Source: Circinaria calcarea | Taxonomy: Eukaryota | Reading direction: 5' to 3' | Length of the DNA stretch: 33,257 nucleotides | NCBI GenBank assembly: GCA_051942165.1 | Contig: JAVECS010000036.1 | Location: 1 to 33,257, forward strand | Shown: piece after piece, positions 21,103-32,314 of the stretch | How positions within the stretch are numbered: position 1 is the stretch's first letter | Layout of the letters: the number at the start of each line of letters is the position of its first letter | Program-made: the position numbers and the translations under genes | Notes under the pieces: model-generated | Seen by the model: the letters and a program-made list of their open reading frames with translations, nothing else | The model's database searches: none | What the model was told of the DNA's origin: nothing

Positions 21103-24100
21103 TTACGACATCGGCGAAACAGGATCGTCGTAAGCCGGGCCGTCAGTCGCATCCTGACGTTTGAAAAACGGGGCAACCTCAGGTTCTTCAACGGCCTCGG
21201 GGATGGTGGTGCAATATCTCTTCAGGACCTGCTTGAGTGCCGGTCTACGGATTGGCTTGGGGAGAAAGAAATCCATTCCGGAATCGAGACACTCTTTGAC
21301 ATTACTTTCTTCGGCGAAGGCGGTCAAAGCTACAATTGGCGCGGAGTAGCCCATCCCCCTAATAAGCCGGGTACTTTGAAGACCATCGAGATTCGGCATC
21401 TAGATTAAATAAGCCAACAGCTCTTGCATGAGACGGTCTCCTTGGTAAACTTACTTGAACGTCCATGAATATCAAGTTGAAATATTTGTGCTGCTCCATG
21501 GATTCCTTTACAAGCTCAAAGGCCTCCTGCCCATCCTTTGCAACGGTCACGTCTAGCAATTGTCAGTTTGGATTGCGAAGTTGCATCAATGGACCCTACC
21601 GTAGATATCTTCAAGCTTTAGCATACGTAGAACAACTTCTTGATTGACTTTATTGTCTTCGGCAACTAAAACTCTGACCTTATCACCACTCTTTGACGCC
21701 TCAGCAGCAACACGCTCCATGGCCTCGAGCTGTTGCTTAGGTGTCTCCAAAGGTGGACTGGTAGCAAAAAATGGCTGACTTAGACCCACAAGGCGTGGCT
21801 TGCTTGCCGGAGAATCGAAGGCATTGAGCACAGGTGCTGCACTGGTACCGGATTCACCAGTCACATCTATTGAGCTATCTGGACGAGCTGTGCCAGGCTC
21901 GTCTCGAATAGATATAGAAACACTATTCGGCCTTGAGCTAACATTGAGATTTGAGCTGCTGGTGCTATCTGCTCTCTCTTTCGTGTACCTAGTCGAGTGT
22001 TAGTCACAATTACATCTATATTGGTTGATCTGATCGTACTTGAGAGGGATCCGCATTGTGAAAGTACTGCCGACACCTTCTTCGCTTCTTAACCACACAG
22101 TACCTTGCATGAGACTTGCTAACTGCGAGCAGATACTGAGTCCTAAGCCAGTCCCACCATATTTCTTACTTAGCCCAAGGTCCCCTTGGACGAAGGGCTC
22201 AAAGACTTTTCGCTGCTGCGCGATCGGTATCCCAGGGCCTGTGTCTTCAACCTCAAACTCGAATATAAGAGTTCTTGCATTTAAAGGTGGTGGTGAAGAC
22301 GATCTTTCGCATACAGCAATTGGAGGTAGTGGCTTCGGCTCTCTTCCATTGATTGACAAGGCTGTATCTAGACGCTTCGTTTTTTCCGACTCTGCTTGAC
22401 CAGGTGAGCTAAGGAATGAATTCGCACCGGAAGTATTGCGCCCTCGAGCGTTGGGGAACCTCCCAGGGAAGTATTTTGACTTTTTGGATTGCTTCGATTG
22501 TATCGAGTCTTTTCGGCTACTAGGTGGCTTCTCTACGCCCTTGTCACCGATACACTTGATACGGACAATGACAGACCCGCCTGGAGGGGTGAATTTTCTA
22601 CATGGTGTCAGTGGTGACATCTCAGGTAAGCGTAGAATTAAAGAATTACTCACAGGCTATTGCTGACGAGGTTTATGATGACTTGCAAGATACGATGCTG
22701 GTCCCCCCATACACACATATCTCGTACACGTCCAGTGCCAAAGGGGCCATATCCAGCTTGACCTGAAGTGCCGGTTGTAAAGTCAGGGCGCTCATCAGGT
22801 CCTTCAAAGACTAGGCCTAGGTTGATGGTACCCTCCTTGGCCTGTTTGTCGAATATAGAGAGTATCTGAGAGCTGATATCGGCGAGGCGAAATTCCCTTT
22901 CGTCAAGAGTAAGCTGTTGGCCGATCTGGTTCCTGCTAAAGGTTAAAAGGTCGGTGAGCAAATGTAACAGGAGATCTCCACTCTTATAGATGATCCCCAA
23001 TGACCGCTTAATCTTGGTTGAATCTTCTTCATGCATGCAGACAGCACACATACCGAGGATGCCGTTGAGCGGAGTCTTCAGCTCATGACTAATATTTGCA
23101 ATGAAGAGTGTTTTGCTCTCGTTGGCCGCCTCTGCAGCCTTCTTGCTAAGTTCGAGCTCATGTGTCCTCTCCCTTACCCGCTCTTCAAGTCTCTCGTACT
23201 GCATCATTAGTTCTTCGCTCATTTCGTTGAATGTGCTTGTCAAGTCGGTCAATTCGTCGTTTACAAAGTGTTTGCGGTCCGGCACTTTGCCGGGTATCCG
23301 AAATGTGTGTCTTCGTGCTTGCTCCTGTCTTTCAAATCTACTTTTACGTCGCTCTTTGCGCCATCGAGATATATGGTCCATGAAACCTTCCTTTTTGGCC
23401 ACTTGAGCTAATTCTTCCTCATCACCAGATTCTGGCTCGTCTGGTGCGCCGGACGTAGAACTCCTCACACTACCGTCATCGGACGGATAACCGTAAGGGT
23501 CAACTGTCCTCTTTGTAGCTTCCCGCAATCTTCGAATGGGCCGAACAGAATAATGGGCTATCGGAAACAGGAACAGTATGATTCCACCAGCAGTACCAAA
23601 AACGCAAGCCAGTAAAACATTCCTGAGATGGTTGATAGGCTGGACCACTTCATCACGTGACAGCTCGACAAGTAGTATCCAGTCGACTAGAGGCGAGTTT
23701 GGTAGACCATACCCCACAGACACTGAATCGCCCATCTCATTGCGGGAATTGAGCAGACTGCCAGCATTATTCAAAGCGTTGTTGTTGCGTGATATAGCGT
23801 TCAGCGCCCCGGGGAAGTCTTGGAGTGCGAAAGGAGTATCTGGCTTCCCAAAAGCAGAGTTGGCATGTCGGACGCTACGTGACGCGTTGACTATGGGAGG
23901 TAGAACAAAATGAGCTTCTTCTCCATCTATCGTAAACTCGCTGGCCATAGGATTACTGCTGTAGCTGATCCCAGCTGGAAATCTATTATCGATAGTAGTT
24001 GGTCCAACAATCAATACCTCTCCCGTGCTACCAAGACCTTCAAGCGCCCTTAGAACGCTGTATATAAGTTCTGCGTTCATGACCACTGTGACCCACCCCA

Positions 24101-24899
24101 GGGTGTCCGTGATAGACGTATTGTTAATGACTGGTAGGGTAATAGAAACCAATGCGAAGCTGTTATTGAGTACCCATGGTCCCAGGAATATGGACGAGTT
24201 TTGCTGAAGCGGCTCCCCATTAAAGAATGCATTGGACTGATTAAACGTACTGTTGAGGACGGTAGAGGTAAAAGTAAGGTTCGGATACAGATTCGGGGGG
24301 TATCCCAGTCCATCATCGCCGAGAAACACAGCGGTTCCATTTTCATAATTGTAAGGCAGCCGTATACCTGCCGTTGAACTTGCAGTAGCATTGATCAGAC
24401 CATACGGTCCATTACTACCTGTACCATTCTTCGAGATTACGCGAGCTTGTAACAGGTATTGCGATGTCCCCACGCCACCGAGTGTGCCCTGCAGGTCTTG
24501 GGTCGGCCTTATCCAGTTCTCGGCAGTGTTGTTTCCCTGGTCGTTGTATCGTTGCAAGGCATTCTGTACGGTTACACGCGTCGAGATGGCCTGAACGCTT
24601 GTCTGTAGGAGGGCAAGATTGGATAGGAGTTGTTCGGAGTATAGGGAAGCTGTGAGGGTAAGGCCTGATAATCTGAACCGTAAATCAGCTATATGAAGCG
24701 TGAGGATGTTGGAGAGAATAAATCCTGCCTAATGTCGACCACAAAGTTGTAGTTGGTAACCCACTAGAAGCAGTCAATTAGCACCATGAACGGCGTCCGG
24801 ATTTGAGTATCATACAGTCGCAATGGCAATCACTGCGAGTCCCACCAAGCTGCAGAAGAGTACCAACAGTCCCAGTTGTTCTCGAATCGGAATTCGCAT
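21103..24899 (-). CDS. sln1: Transmembrane hybrid histidine kinase, Sln1/TcsB type (group VI), ~1159 aa
   Basis: Exons 24899-24816, 24763-24729, 24672-22654, 22597-22040, 21988-21600, 21552-21455, 21399-21103 (3480 nt). MRIPIREQL+TM1, N-glycosylation-rich ectodomain, TM2, H-box [12 protein letters not shown]-box NLVSNSLKFT, G1 DTGPGI, F/G2 FEPFVQGD...GGTGLGLSI, receiver AEDN/FMDVQMP/LPKP. Confidence 0.95.
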
Positions 24900-26557
24900 G
24901 CTGATAGAAAGAATGGTTCTGCTGCTCTAGGACGCTCTAAGAAATTATCTGCTTGTTCCCGAAACCTTTCTCTGCGTGATACAAAGCAGGCGGCACAGCG
25001 GCTGATGTGACCTCGGACGTCTCTGTCCTTCAATATGTCCGATACCTGCACGCTCATCACCGTTGCAGGCTTTGCGGTTTATCTGAAAGGTCGATAGGTT
25101 ACCAGAGCAGGATTAGTTCCCATGTCGCAAACAGTCGCAGAGAAATCTGCTTTGTTGATGCAGACAACAGTCAGGTTTTGCGAGGCTTTGTCTGTGGGGG
25201 CTTCCAAGTGAGCTCACAGCAGGTGGAGGAGCCTACGGTGCAGCAGCACAAAGGCAGGAAAAAGGCGAGGTTGCTTAAAAGGAAGGTTAGGAGAGTCAGG
25301 AACCGGGAATGAATGAATATTTATGCGTGATATACGATGATAGGTTAAGAATAGTCAGAGAAGCAGTGCAGGTAGGATTTGTTCTGCTATCATACTGGTA
25401 ATACACTTTACCCAGAGTACCATCGCGGCTTACACACTACGGACTGCCAAGATCCGATAGCTCGGGCTGCGGACGTAAGGAGCGCCGGAGAGCGACCGTA
25501 CGTCAGGCCTGCCGATCTCTTTAGATTGAGTTACGAACACGTGGAACCCATTCCTTCACGGGTTACATGGTTCCAAAGTATCTTACAACGCCAACAATCC
25601 GTCCGTCCACCTTTTGTCTTTGATGGGGAGGGTGCACAACAGCATCCGCCTTGAATGAAGCCATGATGGCACAGAAGCCGCAATTCGAGCAGTGAGGCAA
25701 GTCTAGGATAAATACCGGGGCATGGCTGGCATCTGTGCAGTTTCTTCTTCTCTCCTCCAGCTCTTTCAACCCAGTTGCCCCCCAAACCTGTGACTTCGAG
25801 GCAGATGCTCGAGAATATGAAGAGAGCATCGGTGCCAATCTTCACTCGCAATCGTCTTCAGCATCCACCGACATCGCCAGACTCTGTGTCTTTCTCTGCA
25901 GACTTCAGGGACTTTTTCTAACTGTCTAGCAAGTGCTTCTATTATCCTAACTCTAGGCGAAACCCTTATGAGCCATGTCCAGGAAGCAATCATCGTCATG
26001 GGCCGAGAGAGGAGTAAGGTTTCAAAACAAAACCGCCCTCTGCAATGCTTCTGGTATCTTGTCATTCGTTTCAAGGCGGAAGAGTTGGTACATATATTCT
26101 CAAATTGCAAATTTCGGTATGCGCGTACTTTTAAGTGTAGTAGGCGGGTTCAATCCTTACCTAGAGGTGTTGTGTAAACAATGACTCGGTCCACATTGAT
26201 TGATATACTGCAGCTGCTTGCCGGGGCAGTATCCAATCGCAAATAACTGTATCTATGTTCGTATCTCCTTTTCTACATCCTCCCTGATGATGTGTATGCG
26301 CTCGCTTGCGGCCTGTCAAACACCGGTGACACTTGACTCGATCCTGCCGTTAACGTTTACTTGCAAACTTCTCTGGCGCGTTCCGACAAGGATGTGGTAT
26401 TGGTCATTGTGCTGTCATTTATGCCGGCAATACGCGCTGATGCGCATCAGAAACTATAACATTCTGTAAAATTCCTTGCTGCTGATAAATCCAAGTCTCA
26501 TGTATTGTGCGATATTGAAATCGGGTCGTCAGATAAATAAAAAAAAGCGATCGACAC

Positions 26558-27944
26558 ATGGCTACTCGGTCATGGCAGCCTGCGATACCCGTTGCGCCTT
26601 TACCTCCTGACTTTATCCTGTGCGGTTCCTTGTATGGAGAAAACCTTGACGCCCTAGATTGCAAACATGCTGCAGGCAAGCTTCCTTGGGGGAGTCGGCC
26701 CGTGTCGTATCGTCTCGACCTCCAACCGAGCCCCTTTGCTTTGCCAATTTCTGTTACTACGGGTTAGCAAGAAGAGCTGAACAGATCTGCTTTGTCAAAA
26801 ACTGACATTCAAAATAGGCAACTGTATGGTGTCTGTCGAAATTGCCGGCCCTAACCCTCCTCTGACATTCACTGCTATTCCTAATTATGTCCGTGGATTG
26901 GCGGCTTGGGTCGTTAATGAATGCGTATCTCGTGGTGGATATGGTGGATTTGCGACATTGATGATAGGCAACTTGATAAGTTTCGTGCTCAATCCTACAA
27001 TCGATTTGCTCCTTGACCCTTTACGTAAGGCCGCTGAACCCAGCTGTGTGTCAGCGGAGAAATTATGCTGACCCTGTGGATACGATAATCTTACAGCATC
27101 CTCCACAGCGTTTATAACTGTCACTGTTGGCCATACAAGCGGCCCAAAAACCCCAGGCAACTTTGATCCCTCAATTCCAATGGTAATTTTAGAGAACATA
27201 TGGGACATTCGGAACACAGTACCATCCAATACCGCTACCTACAAGCACCTTCAAACCAAAGCACAATTGATGCGTTTACAGGCCATGGCTATGCAGCGTA
27301 GCGAAAGGGATGTACCATGGTGGCTCCACCATTCGTTAGCGCCCGATGAGATGACATATGACTGTGATGCAGCATTAGGAAGTCCTAAAGCCATGGACTG
27401 CAGTAAACTACAAAATCAGATTAGGTCCAGAGCTGGTAATGTACAGGTTGGGTTAGGAGAAGTCAAGTATCTTTCTGCTAGTAAGTAGAACTGCCTACCA
27501 ACCATTCTGTGAACCGACCAGATCCAGTACTAATTATAACTTCAAAAGATACCTGCCACGTTGCTGTCTATTCAAGTATAGCGATTGTCCTTACCTGGGC
27601 ACAGATACAAACTGCTCTAGGGACGCTTCTGAACTTTTGTACTACAGGTCCACTGAAACCGTCGCGAGGGGGTAGAGCATATTTTGGGCCGCAGCCAGCG
27701 CTCAGTGGTCGAAGGAGAAAGAGAGCGAGTGGAGCGACAGGTGAGCGGAAATTCCCGTTGTTGAAAATACCAAATATTAATGTCAATTGAATCGAAAGGA
27801 TTGAATGCCCTGCCTCAACACGTCAATCTTACAATATTCGAGCAACTGGAACCATGGCAAACAAACCCTGCAAAAGAAATCAAGACCTGTACATGGCAGG
27901 CGATACTGGGCAGGCACCCTGTAACATCATGTCACACTCCTTGA
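26558..27944 (+). CDS. Hypothetical Cys-patterned protein (~377 aa) with two related modules
   Basis: Exons 26558-26762, 26818-27024, 27097-27480, 27549-27740, 27799-27944 join in frame (1134 nt) through four GT-AG introns. The start codon is uncertain. Confidence 0.72.
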
Positions 27945-29076
27945 TGAGAGCGGATGAGTCTACATACTCACGATTAGGGAAATGTTATATCGTTAATTTT
28001 ACTTGCAAAGACGAGTCACAAGGCCTACCTTAGGTGGCTGTACTTCTCAGTTCACCTTGCAACTCCTGCACTGATTTCTTTGTTTAGGATTCATTCTCTG
28101 TCATTCTAAGATTAACAGAGGGGATGAGGCATGTACGAGATTTCCTACTTCACTTGCCATCTCATCCCTTCGTGTTGCCTAAAGCTACAGCCTGTCGAAG
28201 ACGGCCAGCGGATAGGTTAGCTTCTACTTCCTTGAGGACTATCCATAAAAACAAGGAATCCTCTGATAGTACGAATCCACCTGCCTTGAAAGAAGCCGTG
28301 ACTTTCTGTGTCCTCAATCGCCATCCTACCGCGATCATCCCGTAAAACCCGCTTCGGCCTCCTTGCTCAGATATGACCTCGCCGCAGATATCGATAGTTG
28401 GGTTCCCCGTTCGTTCCCCTCACTAGCCTCGGTCTCCAACCCTCGACGCACCTTAGAAAGGGATTCCAAATTGGGACACGAGTATGACACCCATGCCGCC
28501 GAATCTCTCGGTTCTGTAAACATTCCTACCCTCTACGCGTTCACATCAAAGTTGACTCGAGCCCACATGATGGCCGAATCTCATTACCTCAATGTGATTC
28601 CAAAACAACAGCTACGTTTGTAACAGGGTTGAAAGGGGCGGGTAAATAGGGGTTGCAGTAAATATCTAGTATGTGTGTTATTTCGCCCCCGTGTGAGCAC
28701 GCCAGACGTTTGTCATCTGGTTAGATGGTCTGGGTTTTGAGGCTGTAGCACAGTAGCAATTAGTTTCAGAACGAACCTTGATTTCTTCACCTATGTCCAT
28801 CAAAGCACATAAGGGGGAATGATGGATGAGATGATCATTGCCCTTTTTCCAAGCGGACGATTTAGAATCACACTGCTGAAAGTAACTATATAACCAAATC
28901 TTCTATCGCGAGAGCACATTAACGTATAATAGAATTCTTAGTGATTTACTCCTTATGGGTGTTAGTATGCGGCGGGGCCCTCCCCATGTTGATATTTAGC
29001 TATCTTTCATTGGCAATGGCTTCCCCGTCCCCCCCCCTCGATTGCAGGTTTTTTGTTAAACGATATTTACAGAAAC

Positions 29077-29399
29077 TTGGGGGGTTTAGGTTTTTTTGGC
29101 TAGAAATGTGTTATGCTCGGGAACACGGCACCGATGGGCTAAGCCCGATGCTGTAAAGCACGGGGGGCAAGCTGGCAAAAACTATACATTCGTATTGGCC
29201 ACACTAGGTCCACTGGCATAACATAGCTCAGTTGTGGATGTACAATAGGCGGGGGTGGCCTGGCAGACGAGGTATCGATTGGCTGGAAGCATTGTTATTC
29301 CGGGCCTACCTAACATCCTCCGAGCATAACAGAAAAAACCTAAACCCCAATTCACGGGTAAGGCTACTCGCTTAAAATAGCCACACATAAATCTAGCCA
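29077..29399. repeat. Imperfect inverted repeat (MITE/TIR-like)
   Basis: TTGGGGGGTTTAGGTTTTTT (29077-29096) and TGTTATGCTCGG (29109-29120) are mirrored by CCGAGCATAACA-G-AAAAAACCTAAACCCCAA (29320-29350). TGGCTAGAAATGTGT (29097-29111) is mirrored by CACACATAAATCTAGCCA (29382-29399). Confidence 0.6.
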
Positions 29400-29461
29400 T
29401 ACTTCAGCTGACAACGTCATTAACTCGTTAAACCTTCTGCCTCTCGGTGAAAAGAACACCA

Positions 29462-29563
29462 ACGCCGGTAGCGTCCTCTTAGTTGAAGGTGTTGACCTGT
29501 CGGGAGAAAGACGCCGTCTCCCCGTAGCGTCCTCTGTCTGACTTAGTTTGAAGTTGTTGATTT
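29462..29563 (+). repeat. Degenerate direct repeat upstream of the PD-(D/E)XK-like gene
   Basis: GTAGCGTCCTCT at ~29467 and ~29524, each followed by TAGTT(T)GAAG(G/T)TGTTGA. Confidence 0.55.
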
Positions 29564-29633
29564 CAGTTGTAAGTAAACATACTTGATAGTACAGTTACAA
29601 TCCAAAGATTTTCTACTCGACGCGCTTTTCATA

Positions 29634-31425
29634 ATGCCTAAACTTACTATGGCTAACTCCACTGGCCGACAAGGAAAACTCGATAATCGCCCCATAGAGC
29701 GTCAATGTCGTACAGTCTCGAAAGAAAATCAACGCACTGTGTTAAAGCATCGAAGCTCAGAACCAAGGTAAGACTTTCCGAGGACGATTATTCTTTAGAT
29801 TCTATACTTATATGTTGTAAAGCCAGCAACAAGGAAAACGACGATTAAAACCTACTGAGCCATCTCCTGCCGAGCCATCTCCTGTCGAGTCTTTCGGATT
29901 CGAAACTGATCCTACCATTATCAAAGGCATTTGGGAAGACGTCAGGAACCATTTGACTCTCACCACCACTGCCATGAAGACGCAGTCAGGAATTCCCTCG
30001 ACCGCACATGCGAAAGGTTCACTTTCTTACAATACCAACTACCTAAAGCCCAGGAGAATCAACATATTCACATATGCGGATAATAACGATTCACACTCGG
30101 AACTCGATAATGTACCTACACGGCGTAACCTTGGTCCCTTCTATGTCGATCATGACGACAAGGCGTTTCTTGAGGACATCATATCGAACGTCGAAATTTT
30201 TATTGCCAGACGGGAAAATGAGGGTCAATGGGAATCTAACATATATTCGTGGTTTTTACGCCCGAACATGTCAGCGCCGGGATATTCCGAACCGGACGCA
30301 CCATCAGAATCTCAGGATCCGAATTATGTTCCTAAAGACAATAAAGCCTCGCGACAAATCAAGCCTGGATTTTCACTGATTTCCCCGGACGGGAAAATTC
30401 TACTTCCCCCGATGGATGACATTGAGAACAAGCGTCGCAAGTCAGCAAATAGTCTCCCGCCAAAAGAAGGTACCGAAAAACACGTTTCTGCAAATCGCAG
30501 TCATATTTTTCCTGACATGATATTTGCTCCGAGGGCGTATAAGCGGAACGATAACTATCAAGTATTTCACACTGGCCGAGCTTATCCCGCAATCCGCAAT
30601 CTTCATAGCCTCGACCTGTATCCTCCATATCTCATCGTCGAAAACAAACCGACCGATGCGCAAGAAACAGAGGCCAGGCAGCCTATAGCACTTTTAGCGG
30701 CTATGCTGTTATTCGAGCGATTAAAGTTACGTGTTATAGGGGGTAATTATAGATATCAGAATCTTTGTATATTCATTATAACTTGCTGCGGTCCAAGCGT
30801 GACAATTTGGAAAATGTCATTTGCCGGCGAAGAAAAGGACGAGGGTTGTTTGATCGGATATAAATTATACCCGATAGGAGAATATAACATTATTAATCGA
30901 CAAATGCTAACAACTTTATGTCAGCGAATTAATAATATTCATTTATACGGACTTACCACTCATAAATTCAGTATCTTGGCCGATCTTAACGCATCGGTCG
31001 AGAAAAGGCTTCATTTAGAAGATCTGGATTTACTTGCATTACGCGTGAAAAAAGTTGGTACGGAATTCGTGGTCGAAGCCCAACGATCCGAGAATACTGA
31101 GGACACGTTGGATAGTTCTTTGTTAACGCTTCCAAAGGCGCCTTCAAATCCGGCCTCAAACCCACTTTCCCCAGCGCGGCAAAATAACACAGGAGGAAAA
31201 TACAGGTTTTCCACTGTATCCAAGTCCCTAATCCCCATATCTTGTCAAAGGAACCGACCTTCCACGCCTTCGAATGCGGCTTTGGGCAAACGCCCCTCAA
31301 ACGGGCAGGTTAAAGGAAGAACAGCAAAAATGTCTCCTTTTACACCTACATTGCCGTTGCGCACCGGTGTGAAAAAACGAAAGCGAGGACGGCCGAAGAG
31401 AGTGACATTAAAAGAGGATGTTTAA
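29634..31425 (+). CDS. Putative PD-(D/E)XK-fold (restriction-endonuclease-like) protein with C-terminal AT-hook/NLS (~578 aa)
   Basis: Exon 1 29634-29767 splices (GTAAGA...AAG) in frame to 29823-31425. Core: IFPDMIF ... PYLIVENK ... EARQPIALLAAMLL ... IFIITCCGPSVTIWKM. Tail KKRKRGRPKR. The family call is from motif pattern only. Confidence 0.62.
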
Positions 31426-31465
31426 GGTTCCGTTTTCACTGGTATCGATTGATAGCGTTTACTAG

Positions 31466-31919
31466 AGTGGCTTGGAGCTGAGCGTTGTCTTAATGGATCA
31501 AGAGATGCCCGTCATGGATGGGCTCATCTGTACGAGGAAAATCAGGGAGCTACAGGAAGCGGGTGAGATAACTGAGCATGTGCCTATCATTGCTGTGACG
31601 GTAAATGCCAGGGACAAGCAGATTGCCCAAGTCAGTACTGTCTTGCACTTCCCGACGATGACTCCAAGGCTAATGGGTATCACCTAACCAGCTGCTGCTC
31701 GTAGGAATGGTGCGTTCCAGACCTTTTCCATTGTACCGCATTGAGGCTAATATGCTATAGGATGATGTGGTTTCGAAACCTTTCCGGATCCCTGAATTGA
31801 TGCCCAAAATGGAGGACCTGGTTACGAAGTATAATCTCGAAATATGTCTTCAAGGGGCGGGGCAGTACAGAAACCGACAAAATACCCATTCAGGGAAAAT
31901 TTCTGCATGGAGTTTGTAG
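31466..31919 (+). pseudogene. Orphan 5'-truncated receiver-domain remnant of a fungal hybrid histidine kinase
   Basis: Segments 31466-31630, 31692-31709, 31761-31919 give SGLELSVVLMDQEMPVMDGLICTRKIRELQ...VPIIAVTVNARDKQIAQ-LLLVGM-DDVVSKPFRIPEL. The beta1 acidic pair (EDN), alpha1 and any kinase core are absent upstream. Confidence 0.75.
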
Positions 31920-32314
31920 AGATGAGAGAGAGGGAATGAATAGAGGTCCATTGTTCGGATTAGCGCATCGCATGGCTGATGGCGTTGCTGATGAGCAGCT
32001 CGTTGAGTTGGGTCAAGGCGAGAAGTCCACTGCCGAGTGGCCTCAAACCCTGTCTTTTGATTCCAAGCGCGCTGTCTTTGTAATATCCATTGGTGAGGTA
32101 TTGGAGTTGCGTATACAACACGAGGGACAAGTGCAGGGCCGCTATTGCATTATGACCTACATTAGTGGTTCGTATAGTGGCGCGATGATGGGATCACATG
32201 TCGTCAATCATACCCCACATTAGCTTTCAGTCTCGTCGCATGTAAACGTACTATGTCCATTTTCAATCTACTAACTGTGTGAGTTTTAATTTAAACTCGC
32301 CGCTCCGGCTTGCA

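Noticed and set aside
13875..24655. Antisense/alternate-frame ORFs within the TPR, chk1, ubc11 and sln1 genes
   Set aside because: Shadow ORFs of real coding sequence.
24900..26500. Many short ORFs upstream of sln1
   Set aside because: No motifs or consistent exon chain; likely promoter/5' UTR and intergenic DNA.
28124..28623. Possible gene relic (ORFs 28124-28345 and 28363-28623; GCCGAATCTC twice)
   Set aside because: No recognisable family and no coherent splice model; the 10-mer repeat could be chance.
29079..29090. Telomere-like GGGTTTAGG
   Set aside because: Single unit, not a tandem TTAGGG array; better explained as part of the inverted repeat.
29857..29889. 15-nt tandem duplication GAGCCATCTCCTG(C/T)C
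   Set aside because: An in-frame coding micro-duplication (EPSPA/EPSPV). Two copies with no spacers, so not CRISPR-like.
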